Of a DNA stretch of 64,000 bases, positions 9,950 to 20,038 are shown piece by piece (position 1 is the stretch's first letter; each line of letters starts with the position of its first letter). The stretch is from an uncultured archaeon (GTDB lineage Archaea > Altiarchaeota > Altiarchaeia > JAFGQM01), in NCBI GenBank assembly GCA_964391885.1, contig CAYMNU010000075.1, forward strand, positions 338 through 64,337, given 5' to 3'. The position numbers and the translations under genes were made by a program. The notes below the pieces were generated by a model. The model was given only the letters and a program-made list of their open reading frames with translations. It ran no database searches and was not told the DNA's origin.

Positions 9950-11838
9950 AGCGAACCCCTCCTTTTATAATAAAACCACTCAAATAGAAGAAGTGTGATT
10001 CCGGCTATTGCAAGAATCCAGTAGACTTCGTTTATCTTTTCTTCCGTGTCCCCCACATGCGAACGACTTCCCGCTACTCTTGATGATATGGGTACGTAAG
10101 ACCCCGAAATGTCAGATTCTTCTTCATTCAAAAGGCTTGCGGCTATTCGCAGCTCGCTGTCTCCTATGGTGTAAAACCCCGCTTCATCAAGTATTACATT
10201 GCTACCTTCTACTATTTCTCCCGATGGCTTTCTTACTTTTGTATTATCGCCATCTATCGCAGGTAGAAGCTCGCCTGTATTAAAGTTCTGCGAGCCAGTC
10301 CCTTCTCCACTAAGCCAAGTTAGCAAACGCCCCCAAAATATTGGGAAAGATGGTTTAAGATGAAAATCATTTTCGCTCGAATTCAATGAAAGCCCTAGGT
10401 AAACGACCTTGCCCTCGCCAAGCTCCCAAACGCTTATTATGGGCTCGTTCCCCATTTCCGCTATTGTTATTGCGCCTATTTTGATGTCTGCCGACATTAT
10501 TTTTCTCACTGAAACTTCGCTTATATCTATGTCCGCAAGAATCTCATGCTCAAAAAGAACCCTGGGCCTCCCACCCACTGCGATGGATACAATAGGCTCG
10601 ACAGGCAGGATATCGTTTAGTCTTTCAGGTCCCACTGCCGCCAGGTCTTCAAAACCAAGCACGACAAGATTGCCGCCCTGTTCTACGAATTCCCGAAGAG
10701 ACGGAAAGATGCCTGCAAGTATGTTTTTCTCACTTGCATCTTGGAATATGATAGTATTATAGTCTTGAAAGGAGCTTGGGTATATTGGAGGCGCAGTCTC
10801 CACTACATTTACCCACCCCAGAGACTCCAATGCATATTTCAGATACTCTTCACCCTCTTTTATCAGTAAAACATCGGCAGCTCTGGCTTTCGGTATGATG
10901 GCATAAGCCTTATTGTCTACAATCAGCTCGTCATGAGTGCTTATCACTGCAACAGCATCTGTTTCTGAATGGGGGCACAAGCCCGAGAGATACACAGCTT
11001 CTGACGATTCCTGCTTTATAGGTCTTGCAATAGCATCTGCACCCTGATTCCCTAAAAGAAGACCAATCTCTACAACTCTCTCCGAACTGCCAAAATTCCT
11101 GATAAGCACTTCCATAAAACAATCGCCCTCCTCCCTACCTGAGCGGGCGGCTATGATGCCTATGTTCTCTTCGACTGTACCCACATGTATAAACTCAACA
11201 CTAATGCCCTCGGCCGATGATATCCTTTGCGCCGCCATCGGATCCATCCCCACACTACCTGAAAAATCCGAGATTACATAGATTGACCGCTCAATCTCCG
11301 ATTCATTTATCATATCTGTTGCCAGAAGCATTGCACCCCCTATATTGCCAGGAGTGTCCTTGACACGAATTCCGGACAATACAGACGAGGCCTCACTAGG
11401 GCCCCCTCTTCGCAGTGCTACTGCAGGTATGTTTTTTGCGAGCACTACACTTACTTTACTGTGCTCACCCGCTTCTGACACAATGGACGAAGCCTGTCCC
11501 ATCGCTTGCGCAAACCTGTCTCCTGCCTGCATAGATGCAGAGACGTCTAACACTATTGCAATCTCCCTATCTAGTATTGCATCTCCTTTTGACATATAGA
11601 ACGGCCCGGCAAGTGCTATAATGATTACCGATAGGGCGAGGAGCTGCAGTATCAGCAAGGGGTCTCTCACTATCTTTCTAAAAAAAGAGTTGAATCGCCG
11701 CCTTTGCTCTATCTCGCGTATGAACATTAAGGAGGGCAGCTTCAGGTCTTTGGGTTTCGGTTTCAACAAATAAAGCAATATCATGGGCACAAAGAGCGCG
11801 AAGAGATAAAATGCCGAATCATTTAAAAATCCTATCAT
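9946..11838 (-). CDS. BatA-type N-terminal double-TM vWA protein
   Basis: ILLYLLKPKP...PSLMF BatA N-terminus; DVSASM MIDAS; ISDF. Confidence 0.88.
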   Translation of the reverse strand: MIGFLNDSAFYLFALFVPMILLYLLKPKPKDLKLPSLMFIREIEQRRRFNSFFRKIVRDPLLILQLLALSVIIIALAGPFYMSKGDAILDREIAIVLDVSASMQAGDRFAQAMGQASSIVSEAGEHSKVSVVLAKNIPAVALRRGGPSEASSVLSGIRVKDTPGNIGGAMLLATDMINESEIERSIYVISDFSGSVGMDPMAAQRISSAEGISVEFIHVGTVEENIGIIAARSGREEGDCFMEVLIRNFGSSERVVEIGLLLGNQGADAIARPIKQESSEAVYLSGLCPHSETDAVAVISTHDELIVDNKAYAIIPKARAADVLLIKEGEEYLKYALESLGWVNVVETAPPIYPSSFQDYNTIIFQDASEKNILAGIFPSLREFVEQGGNLVVLGFEDLAAVGPERLNDILPVEPIVSIAVGGRPRVLFEHEILADIDISEVSVRKIMSADIKIGAITIAEMGNEPIISVWELGEGKVVYLGLSLNSSENDFHLKPSFPIFWGRLLTWLSGEGTGSQNFNTGELLPAIDGDNTKVRKPSGEIVEGSNVILDEAGFYTIGDSELRIAASLLNEEESDISGSYVPISSRVAGSRSHVGDTEEKINEVYWILAIAGITLLLFEWFYYKRRGSL

Positions 11839-12734
11839 TTGGAATGCCCCCTCGTCACCATATGTGTTATCTGGAAAAATATGTCAAACACCGGGTCGCT
11901 CGAACTTACCGAGAAAAAGTCAGCACCGGCCGACTCAGCAATCTGCCGCACAGCCTCGATATGAGCCATGAACTTAACTCCGTATTCTCTCCTCATCTTC
12001 GGGGTGAAAAAGACCTTTTTCTCCCTTTTTGTTTCAAGGTCGTAGATCTTGACGTCTCCCTGCAAGTCCAAACTCTTTTCCAAGGGGTCCGCCACATGCA
12101 CCACTATAAAGTTTTTGGATTTCCCTGCAAGCCTGAACAAGCCTTTTTTAATGCTGTCAAGAGGTTCCAAAAAGTCAGATATTACTATGCAAAGTGAACG
12201 TGTCTTTATAAGCTCCGCATACCTCTCGCCCGCATTCTCAAGGTTCGTAAGACCGCCGAGCTCCTGCCGGTTCAGCATCTCCACAGCGGCGAAGAACTGT
12301 CTTTTCCCTCTCTTGGGCGGCATTACCTCCTTTAGCTTGTTGCCATAGGCCGACATGGCGAATTTCTCGTTTTCTTTAGTTACCAGATATGCAAAACCCA
12401 GGGCCAGCATGGATGCGAAATCATATTTTGTGAGCTTTCCGCTGCCGAAGTTCATACTGTTGCTCGAGTCGACAAGTATATGGGTTGTAAGGCTTTTCTC
12501 TTCCTCAAACCTCTTAATGAACAGCTTCTCGGTCCTCCCGTAGACCTTCCAGTCGACGAATCTTAGGTCATCACCAGGGAAATACTCTCTGTGGTCAATA
12601 GGCTCTATCCCTCTTCCTTGCCTAATGGACCTTTGCCCGCCGGCATAGCTGCTGACAATCTTCTTTTTCGCGAGAAGGTCCAGCTTTTTCAGCTGCTTGA
12701 TAAAATCGAGGTCTATCATGTCGGTGCGTGACAC
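11835..12734 (-). CDS. DUF58 family vWA-like protein
   Basis: DHREYFPGDDLRFVDWKVYGR, DSSNSM, ISDF. Confidence 0.92.
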   Translation of the reverse strand: MSRTDMIDLDFIKQLKKLDLLAKKKIVSSYAGGQRSIRQGRGIEPIDHREYFPGDDLRFVDWKVYGRTEKLFIKRFEEEKSLTTHILVDSSNSMNFGSGKLTKYDFASMLALGFAYLVTKENEKFAMSAYGNKLKEVMPPKRGKRQFFAAVEMLNRQELGGLTNLENAGERYAELIKTRSLCIVISDFLEPLDSIKKGLFRLAGKSKNFIVVHVADPLEKSLDLQGDVKIYDLETKREKKVFFTPKMRREYGVKFMAHIEAVRQIAESAGADFFSVSSSDPVFDIFFQITHMVTRGHSK

Positions 12735-12741
12735 CGCAGCA

Positions 12742-13716
12742 TCACTTGGCCTCCTTGATTAACATCTTGATGACGTCGTCAGTTCTGACCCCTTCCCGCT
12801 CCGACTCAAAATTCAATATCAAACGGTGACGGAGCACCGGAAGTGACATCGCTATAATATCTTCTTTCCCAACAAAATTCCTCCCATGTAGCAATGCCCT
12901 GGCCTTCGCGGCTGTTATTATGCCTATTCCTGCCCTTGAAGATGCCCCGTACTCCAGGAACTGTGCAGCCAGCTTGTTGCCCTCAGCGGGTCTTGTTGAT
13001 GCCACAAGCCTTACGGTATACTCTTTGAGCTCTTCAGACACGGGCATCATGCGCGATATTTTTCCAAGGTCCTGTAGAATTTCCCCATCAATCAGCTTCT
13101 GAGGCTGCGGCGGCTCTTCCCCTGTATTCAGTTCGACAACCCTCATCTCCTCTTCAATATTAGGGTATTCCACAAGGAGTTTGAATAGAAACCTATCTAG
13201 TTGCGCCTCTGGAAGGGGATATGTACCCTCCATCTCTAATGGATTTTGAGTCGCAAGTACAAAAAATGGGGGGGTTAGGGGGAAGGTAGCATTACCCACT
13301 GTTACCTGCTTCTCCTGCATTGCTTCCAGAAGTGCGGATTGAGTCTTGGGAGTAGTCCTGTTTATTTCATCCGCCAACACTATATTGGCAAAAATAGGCC
13401 CCTGCTGGAACTTGAATTCCTTTTTTCCTGTCTTTGCCTCTTCCTCTAGGAGGTATGTGCCCGTTATATCAGAAGGCATTAGATCTGGCGTGCATTGTAT
13501 TCTTTTGAATTTAAGGTCGAGTATCTGCGAAAGCGCTCTGATGGTCGCAGTCTTTCCAAGGCCCGGATAACCCTCTAACAGGGAGTGGTTGCCGGTTACT
13601 ATGGATATTATAATATGCTCAACTACCTCGTCCTGGCCCACTATACTCTTTTTCATAGTGGCCATGACCTTCTCAAATATTTCCTTTGCACGTCGATAGG
13701 TATCTGCTTCTGCCAT
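12742..13716 (-). CDS. moxR: MoxR family AAA+ ATPase
   Basis: GYPGLGKT, RIQCTPDLMPSDITG, DEINR, ATQNPLEMEGTYPLPEAQLDRF. Confidence 0.95.
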   Translation of the reverse strand: MAEADTYRRAKEIFEKVMATMKKSIVGQDEVVEHIIISIVTGNHSLLEGYPGLGKTATIRALSQILDLKFKRIQCTPDLMPSDITGTYLLEEEAKTGKKEFKFQQGPIFANIVLADEINRTTPKTQSALLEAMQEKQVTVGNATFPLTPPFFVLATQNPLEMEGTYPLPEAQLDRFLFKLLVEYPNIEEEMRVVELNTGEEPPQPQKLIDGEILQDLGKISRMMPVSEELKEYTVRLVASTRPAEGNKLAAQFLEYGASSRAGIGIITAAKARALLHGRNFVGKEDIIAMSLPVLRHRLILNFESEREGVRTDDVIKMLIKEAK

Positions 13717-13815
13717 GCTTAAGTAATAGTTTGGATAATATAAATCAGGGATTAAGGTAAGCGTAAGGCGAGTCTTTGATAACTTTTATACATTTATACT
13801 AAGGGATTAATGATA

Positions 13816-14637
13816 TCAATCCTGGCTTATCCTCTCAAAGTAAGATCGGACCACACCCTCCATCTCGATCGGTATGTTCTCGGTATATGTACCCGCCGCA
13901 GTCGCCTGAATGAACCCTGATTGTATTTCCCTTAACCTGTCATCATCCTCACCGTTCCATGAGCCGAAACCCCCGCCCTCGCCATAGCCTGGGTGTATCT
14001 CAAGATCGATTTCATCCCCTTCTATCCTTATTGTTGATGCATCTCCGAATATGTCCTGAGAACCCGCTTCCGATATTTCCAAGTCCTGGTCAGTCTGCCC
14101 TTCTCCTTCCCCGGATCCTCCTCCACCTCCTCCTGAGCCTTGACCTCCTGTTCCTGCACCGCTGCCAGAGCCTCCGCTCCCTCCAACACCCAGGCCCTCA
14201 AAACCGGCGAATAGCATGAAGACAAGCAGGAATGCCGATACTATAGATACTGTTACATAGGTGTAGAGCCTACCCATATCTACAAAGGCCTCTTGGTCCA
14301 CGGAATCGAGCTCATAGCTTACTTCTCTCACCAACTCTCTCACTATGAAATTGTCCTTTGATTTATTGTCATAGGCTGCCTGGAGGCGGTCTTTCAGGTC
14401 GGGATTCCCCTTCTCGACTTCCTTGACTGATTCATAGGCGTTCTTACCTCTAATATAAAGGAATAATACAATAACTGCTGCCGGCAAAAATGCCAAAAGT
14501 ATTTCCATGCCGAAGACTAAGAGGACGAATGACGCTAGCAAAAAAGTTGCAATAGATGCCGCAGCAGTTTCAAAGAGGTAAATCCTCCATATGGTTCCCA
14601 GAGTCGAACTTACTCTCTCATCAAAGCCGTCCATCAT
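13816..14637 (-). CDS. Membrane protein with Gly-rich acidic C-terminal region (MoxR-operon accessory)
   Basis: TMs, VEKGNP.LKDRL.AAYDN, Gly/Ser tract, VRSYF end; ATG 14637 overlaps previous stop. Confidence 0.7.
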   Translation of the reverse strand: MMDGFDERVSSTLGTIWRIYLFETAAASIATFLLASFVLLVFGMEILLAFLPAAVIVLFLYIRGKNAYESVKEVEKGNPDLKDRLQAAYDNKSKDNFIVRELVREVSYELDSVDQEAFVDMGRLYTYVTVSIVSAFLLVFMLFAGFEGLGVGGSGGSGSGAGTGGQGSGGGGGGSGEGEGQTDQDLEISEAGSQDIFGDASTIRIEGDEIDLEIHPGYGEGGGFGSWNGEDDDRLREIQSGFIQATAAGTYTENIPIEMEGVVRSYFERISQD

Positions 14638-15266
14638 TATCTGCAAGCAGTGCAGTTGCTGTTTGTGTTTACACAAGCCCTCAACTCTTCTAGTTCATCT
14701 TCTGCTTTGCTTAAGTCAGTCGTCAGATTAGAAACCTCTGACCTAAGAACGTCAATTCTATGCATAGCTATACTCAAATCTGATATCGCTTTGTCATAGT
14801 CTGTAATGCAAACATCAAGCTCTCCAATCGCACTGGAAAGTTCAGCCCTGCTGCTTTGGAGGTCAGAGCTGCACACAGAAAGGCTCTGTTGCGTGCCTGT
14901 CAAATCCCCTTCTAACTGCGCTTTCAGGGAAGCGAGCTCGGCATAGAGCTCATTAAGGGTTTCCTGAGATGCGGAGCTAATGTTGAGCTGGCTACTGAAA
15001 TAAGCTACATCTTCCTCAGCCTTTGCAAGTCGGGATCCACAAGTGGAGAGCTCATTACTTATCATTTCCCTGACGCCCGCAAACTCCCTATTCTCCACTA
15101 ACAAGTCGTTGTGTTTCCAAGATGCATAGAATGCCAGCCCGCCCAGAGCCGCAAGCAGTATGACTATAATCGCAAAAAGCCGGAAGTTGACGCTCTTTTT
15201 GGTGCTGCCCTGGGTGTGGAGCTTTCTAAGCTCTCTTCTCAGCCTGGCTTTTTCCCTCTCATCCAT
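14637..15266 (-). CDS. Single-TM coiled-coil protein
   Basis: Basic N-terminus, TM, long heptad-like region with spaced Cys. Confidence 0.7.
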   Translation of the reverse strand: MDEREKARLRRELRKLHTQGSTKKSVNFRLFAIIVILLAALGGLAFYASWKHNDLLVENREFAGVREMISNELSTCGSRLAKAEEDVAYFSSQLNISSASQETLNELYAELASLKAQLEGDLTGTQQSLSVCSSDLQSSRAELSSAIGELDVCITDYDKAISDLSIAMHRIDVLRSEVSNLTTDLSKAEDELEELRACVNTNSNCTACR

Positions 15267-15331
15267 TGCAATATCTCTATCTATTTTAGCACTGACTAGT
15301 AAAAATCAAGCCTCACCAAAGGCGAGGCAAC

Positions 15332-15372
15332 TTTTTACCAGTGACTGTATAGTTTATAGAACCTGGTAAAAA
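15332..15372. promoter_or_regulatory. Inverted repeat over a TATA-like box in a divergent promoter region
   Basis: TTTTTACCAG (15332-41) / CTGGTAAAAA (15363-72), preceded by GCCTCACC-AAA-GGCGAGGC hairpin. Confidence 0.4.
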
Positions 15373-15373
15373 T

Positions 15374-15937
15374 ATGACAATGCCCGAAACATACACAGGA
15401 GTAAAGTTCACTACTCTTTTCGAAGCTGCGGAATTTGGATCTGATAAGGAAAGGAAAGAGGTAATTGCCGAGATACGGAACCTAGGCTCCAGAAAGCTGC
15501 TCGACAGGAACAATGGCAACATCAGCGTTAGAGTAGACAAGGGCATGGTTATAACACCGACCGGGAAAAGCATGGACCAGATAACTGAAAGCGACCTAGT
15601 CCTCGTCACGGGCATGAGCCCAGATATGAAAATTGTGAGGGCGATAGGAAGCTCAGCACCATCTTCCGAGGCAAGGCTGCACTGGCTGGTTTACAGGGAC
15701 TTTCCTAAGGTCAATGCCATTGTCCATTTCCACGATTCGCGCCTGCTGGAAAACGCGGATAAATTCATCCTGACGGAAAAAGAGCGACCCTACGGGACTA
15801 TTGGGCTGGCTGAAGAGGCTGCCAAAGCCCTGAAAAAGAGGAAATTCATAATACTTAAGGGGCATGGGGCGCTTGCCGCGGGGGTGAGTTTCCAGGACTG
15901 CAGGAAGACGATTGAAAAGGCCGAAAACATGATTTAA
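15374..15937 (+). CDS. Class II aldolase/adducin family protein
   Basis: GNISVR, ITPTG, PSSEARLH..Y, AIVHFH, LKGHG. Confidence 0.88.
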   Translation: MTMPETYTGVKFTTLFEAAEFGSDKERKEVIAEIRNLGSRKLLDRNNGNISVRVDKGMVITPTGKSMDQITESDLVLVTGMSPDMKIVRAIGSSAPSSEARLHWLVYRDFPKVNAIVHFHDSRLLENADKFILTEKERPYGTIGLAEEAAKALKKRKFIILKGHGALAAGVSFQDCRKTIEKAENMI

Positions 15938-15984
15938 CCCGTTGTTTTTTAAAATATATGCTCAATATAGGCGCTCATTCTAAT

Positions 15985-16194
15985 ATGATCGAAGGCTACG
16001 AGGATTACAAGAGGCGAGAGTACTGTAAAGACATAAACTGTCCGATACAACAAGAGCTGGAGCGCCACAGCGAAGGCTCTGAGGGTTATGAGCGCATTAG
16101 GGGCATATGCAAAAGCAGCTGCATACACTCAACATACGAGTTCCATCACTGGCTGATTGGGAATGGATACGAGATTGTGAGGAAATCAGATTAA
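15985..16194 (+). CDS. Small Cys/His-rich hypothetical protein (possible metal binding)
   Basis: YC..I.C...IC...C.H...FHHWL pattern; 69 aa from ATG 15985. Confidence 0.7.
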   Translation: MIEGYEDYKRREYCKDINCPIQQELERHSEGSEGYERIRGICKSSCIHSTYEFHHWLIGNGYEIVRKSD

Positions 16195-16244
16195 AAATCA
16201 GATTAATTAAATTAATTATAACTTAATTATAATAACACAAGAAA

Positions 16245-17090
16245 ATGGACTGGGGACAAAAGAACAGGTTATCAAAAATAATAAAGCCGAAGACAGGCAA
16301 GGCATTGATGCTAGCAGTGGACCACGGCTACTTTTTGGGCCCGACCACAGGGCTGGAAGATTTCAAGTCTGCCATCGACCCGCTGTTGCCTTACTGTGAT
16401 ACGTTATTTGCGACACGTGGAATGATACGCACATGCGTGGACCCAAATACGGAAGTCCCAATAATGCTGCGCGCGTCGGGCGGGACGAGCATAATCGGAC
16501 CGGAGCTGCTTCATGAGGGCAGCACAATCTCACTCGAAGATGTCATACGCATGAATGCGGTCGGAATTGGATACTCTATTACTGTTGGAATGCCCTGGGA
16601 GCGCGACACGATTTTAGACTTCTCCGGCTGGGTTGACGACTGCGAGAGCTATGGCCTGATTGCAATGGCGGTTACCGCGGTGGGCAAGGATATGGCGAAG
16701 GATGCCAAGTATCTTGGCCTCGCCTGCAGGATGGCAGCCGAACACGGCGCCCATGTAGTCAAGACTTACTATTGCGACGAGGATTTCGACAAGGTGGTGG
16801 ATGCCTGTCCAGTGCCCATTGTCATGGCCGGCGGGAAGAAGATAGCCGAGTTGGATGCATTGACCATGGCATATAATGCAATACAGGGAGGTGCAATAGG
16901 TGTTGATATGGGGAGAAACATATTCCAGTCCGAAGACCCTGTGGCAATGATACAAGCAGTCAACGAGCTTATTCACAAGAACGCCACGCCCAAGGAGGCT
17001 CTCGATATTTTCAACGAGCTGAAACGGGAGGGGTGCAGACCTGTTAAAAAGGTTGTTAACCAGGAAGAGCAAGATGCAGGCAAGCTCTGA
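16245..17090 (+). CDS. lsrF: LsrF-like thiolase / DhnA-type class I aldolase
   Basis: MDWG.KNRL, MLAVDHGYFLGPTTGLE, VKTYYC, AGGKK, GVDMGRNIFQS. Confidence 0.9.
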   Translation: MDWGQKNRLSKIIKPKTGKALMLAVDHGYFLGPTTGLEDFKSAIDPLLPYCDTLFATRGMIRTCVDPNTEVPIMLRASGGTSIIGPELLHEGSTISLEDVIRMNAVGIGYSITVGMPWERDTILDFSGWVDDCESYGLIAMAVTAVGKDMAKDAKYLGLACRMAAEHGAHVVKTYYCDEDFDKVVDACPVPIVMAGGKKIAELDALTMAYNAIQGGAIGVDMGRNIFQSEDPVAMIQAVNELIHKNATPKEALDIFNELKREGCRPVKKVVNQEEQDAGKL

Positions 17091-17096
17091 TTCAAG

Positions 17097-17339
17097 GTGG
17101 CAAAAGCAGATAAGAAATGGAAGCATGTGGTGCCCTGGTTTCTTAGGTATGGAGAGTTGAGTCCACAAGAGGTCAAGCGGCATCTCATTATCACTATAAT
17201 AATTATCGGCGCTTTTACCGGGGCGCTATTTTTCCTGAAACCTGACTTCGGAGAGCTTGCAGTGATATTTCTATCCTTTAAATTTGTAGTTATATTGGCT
17301 TTAGTAACCCTTTATTTACATATCAGGCACAAGGCATAA
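17097..17339 (+). CDS. Small 2-TM membrane protein
   Basis: Fills the gap between lsrF and ADH; two hydrophobic helices. Confidence 0.55.
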   Translation: MAKADKKWKHVVPWFLRYGELSPQEVKRHLIITIIIIGAFTGALFFLKPDFGELAVIFLSFKFVVILALVTLYLHIRHKA

Positions 17340-17340
17340 A

Positions 17341-18363
17341 ATGCGCGCAGCAGTTTATTACAAAAACGACGACGTAAGGGTCGAAGAGCTTCTCAAGCCT
17401 AAACCGGGCCCGGGCGAATTCGTATTCAATGTCAAAGCCAGCGGCATCTGCGGCTCTGATGTCATGGAGTGGTACCGAATAAAGAAAGCACCGCGCGTAC
17501 TGGGCCATGAAGCGGTTGGCGAGATAGTGGAAGTCGGAGAAGGCTGCCCTTATCAAAAAGGTGAACGAGTATTTGTCTCCCACCACGTCCCCTGTGAAGA
17601 GTGCGACTATTGCAGAAGCGGCAGGGAGACCGCGTGTGAGACGCTACATACGACCAATTTCGACCCGGGAGGCTTCGCAGAATATGTGCGCGTACCGAAG
17701 ATTAACATAGATAAGCATGGTGTCTACCCTTTACCCGAGTCCATGAGCTATGAAGAAGGCACGATGATAGAGCCGCTTGCTTGCGTGGTCCGCGGGCAGC
17801 GCATCGCCGGGGTGAAGAAGAACGATACAGTTCTTGTCCTGGGTAGTGGAATCGCAGGGCTCCTACATGTCAAGCTAGCAAAGTCCAAGGGCGCCAAAGT
17901 AATCGCCACGGACGTCAGCGATTGGAGGTTGCAAAAGGCGAAAGAATTCGGCGCCGATACTATCAACGCAATGAATTACACTACAGACGAGCTGAGAAAA
18001 ATTAACGACTGCAAACTAGCCGATAAAGTTATCCTGTGCACGGGTGCGATGCCTGCAGTGAAGCAGGCACTGGAGTCTGTGGGCCCGGGCGGCGTAATCG
18101 AGTTCTTCGCAGTTCCGAAGCCGGGCGTTCCTGTGGAAATCCCGGTCAATGACTTTTGGCGCGGCGAGGTTGCTGTCATGACTTCATATGGTGCAGCCCC
18201 AGGGGATCTGAAAGAATCTCTGGATCTGATAGCTACAAAGAAAATCAATGTCGCAGATATGATAACACATGTTCTTCCACTGGAGGAAGCGCAAAGGGGC
18301 TTCAGGCTGGTAGCGGAGGCCGGTGAGTCAATAAAGGTAATACTAACAACGCCCACTGCATGA
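17341..18363 (+). CDS. Zn-dependent alcohol dehydrogenase (MDR family)
   Basis: GICGSD, GHE, C..C..C.......C structural Zn site, EPLAC, GSGIAG. Confidence 0.92.
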   Translation: MRAAVYYKNDDVRVEELLKPKPGPGEFVFNVKASGICGSDVMEWYRIKKAPRVLGHEAVGEIVEVGEGCPYQKGERVFVSHHVPCEECDYCRSGRETACETLHTTNFDPGGFAEYVRVPKINIDKHGVYPLPESMSYEEGTMIEPLACVVRGQRIAGVKKNDTVLVLGSGIAGLLHVKLAKSKGAKVIATDVSDWRLQKAKEFGADTINAMNYTTDELRKINDCKLADKVILCTGAMPAVKQALESVGPGGVIEFFAVPKPGVPVEIPVNDFWRGEVAVMTSYGAAPGDLKESLDLIATKKINVADMITHVLPLEEAQRGFRLVAEAGESIKVILTTPTA

Positions 18364-18414
18364 AATTTTTCTTAAAATCTGGTTTTTAATAAGCGTACAA
18401 TAATACTCTTGCAA

Positions 18415-18804
18415 ATGGATTCAAAGAAATTATTGCCCATAGTGGCCACAGTTATGATTGCCGGCATATTCGCAGTTCTTTTTCTGATGGAGCCGCCCCG
18501 AGAATATCCTCGGCCGACTCCCTTCCCTCCCGACGCCCCTACCGTGATTGAACCCACCGTATCATATACCCTTTCCGATGTGGCTGAACATGACTCCGCA
18601 GGCGACTGCTGGCTTGCTATAAACGGCAAGGTATATGATGTCACCGATTATATCTCTTCGCATCCCGGCGGCCAGGCAATACTAGAAGGCTGTGGCAAGG
18701 ATGCCACAACGCTTTATGAAAACCGTCCCATGGGTTCTGAAACGCCGCATTCGGCAAGTGCTCGCACAGAGCTTGAAAAATATCTAATAGGTGACCTTGA
18801 ATAA
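18415..18804 (+). CDS. Membrane-anchored cytochrome b5-like heme-binding protein
   Basis: V.EH....DCW..I.GKVYDVT.Y...HPGG..I...CGKDAT...HS. Confidence 0.9.
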   Translation: MDSKKLLPIVATVMIAGIFAVLFLMEPPREYPRPTPFPPDAPTVIEPTVSYTLSDVAEHDSAGDCWLAINGKVYDVTDYISSHPGGQAILEGCGKDATTLYENRPMGSETPHSASARTELEKYLIGDLE

Positions 18805-18805
18805 A

Positions 18806-19033
18806 ATGTTAAGCAATATGCAAATACTGCAATATGCTGGCCTGTCTACCCTGCTTTCACTGATTTTCCTGTTCTTCTCCTGCAGGTGCATGGGCGGCCA
18901 TAAAGTTCTCGAAAAGCTCTTCAAGAACCGCAATTTCATGAAGCTTTACAAGCTACATTGCTGGTTCTGGGCTTGGTTCTTTGTTTCTATTGTAATTCAC
19001 ATAACCATGGCAAAGCTGATATTCGGCTTCTAA
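18806..19033 (+). CDS. Small membrane protein with His-bearing TMs
   Basis: KLH.WFW...IH.. in TM helix; lies between cytochrome b5 and wrbA. Confidence 0.65.
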   Translation: MLSNMQILQYAGLSTLLSLIFLFFSCRCMGGHKVLEKLFKNRNFMKLYKLHCWFWAWFFVSIVIHITMAKLIFGF

Positions 19034-19034
19034 G

Positions 19035-19640
19035 ATGAAAGTTCTCGTAGTCTTTCATAGCCTTTATGGACATATATTCGAGATGGCCAAAGCAGTGGCC
19101 GAAGGCGCAAGCTCGACCAGTGCGGTAAAACTAATGCAGGTCCCAGAGACACTTTCTCCCGAAGCCCTTGAAAAGATGGGGGCTTCAGAGGCCAAGAAAA
19201 AGATGGCGCTAATCCCGATAGCGACAAAAGAGGACTTGGTTTGGGCGGATGCAATCATATTCGGCACACCCACGCGCTTCGGCATGATGACGGCGCAGAT
19301 GCGCTCTTTTTTGGATCGGACAGGTGGTTTGTGGTCAAAAGGCGCATTGGACAGGAAACTAGGCAGTGTATTCACCTCATCAGGCACGCAGCACGGCGGC
19401 CAGGAATCCACCATACTCAGTTTCCACACAACCTTGCTGCACCATGGGGTGATAATCGTCGGCTGCGATTACCCGGACGAAAAGCAGTCGACAATGGATG
19501 AAATAACTGGCGGCAGCCCTTATGGGGCATCTACAATCGCTTCGCCGGATGGTTCTAGAATGCCCTCTGAGAATGAGCTGGAAATTGCCAGGGCACAAGG
19601 GAAAAGGGTCGCGGAGATAGCGCAAAAGCTAGCTGAATAA
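19035..19640 (+). CDS. wrbA: NAD(P)H:quinone oxidoreductase WrbA
   Basis: [32 protein letters not shown]. Confidence 0.95.
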   Translation: MKVLVVFHSLYGHIFEMAKAVAEGASSTSAVKLMQVPETLSPEALEKMGASEAKKKMALIPIATKEDLVWADAIIFGTPTRFGMMTAQMRSFLDRTGGLWSKGALDRKLGSVFTSSGTQHGGQESTILSFHTTLLHHGVIIVGCDYPDEKQSTMDEITGGSPYGASTIASPDGSRMPSENELEIARAQGKRVAEIAQKLAE

Positions 19641-19659
19641 GAAAAATTAAAAAAGCCGG

Positions 19660-20037
19660 TTATTCAGCCTTCCAAAGCCCGTGCAGATTGCAGTACTCTC
19701 TGGCAGTTATCTTACCCGCATTCACACAGAACTCGGCCTCCGGCGCATCGCCCGGCTTAAGGAATTTCTTATAACTCTTCCCGTCGGCGATTATTTCCAC
19801 CCATTCGATATAGTGTTTCTCTTCCATGGGGTGCGCGACAGAGCCCACCCTCACTTTGACTCCATTGGCGGTCTTCTCAATCACGGGCACATGCTTCTCC
19901 TGTGCCGCATCGACAGTGTTCTCCTTCATCAACTTCATGGGCTGGCCGCAGCAGACGAGCTCCCCCACACCCGCGTGAACCAGCTCAACTATATTGCCGC
20001 AGACTTCGCACTTGTATATTTCATTTATTTCTGTCAT
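19660..20037 (-). CDS. dfx: Desulfoferrodoxin (2Fe superoxide reductase)
   Basis: [10 protein letters not shown]...CCGQPM, EKHVP, HPM...HYIEW, CNLHGLW; true start ATG 20037. Confidence 0.95.
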   Translation of the reverse strand: MTEINEIYKCEVCGNIVELVHAGVGELVCCGQPMKLMKENTVDAAQEKHVPVIEKTANGVKVRVGSVAHPMEEKHYIEWVEIIADGKSYKKFLKPGDAPEAEFCVNAGKITAREYCNLHGLWKAE

Positions 20038-20038
20038 T

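Noticed and set aside
16183..16240. AAATCAGATTA tandem duplication and AT-rich repeats before lsrF; TAGTTTAACT repeat at about 3394-3418
   Set aside because: Short, low-complexity, AT-rich; cannot be distinguished from slippage or chance
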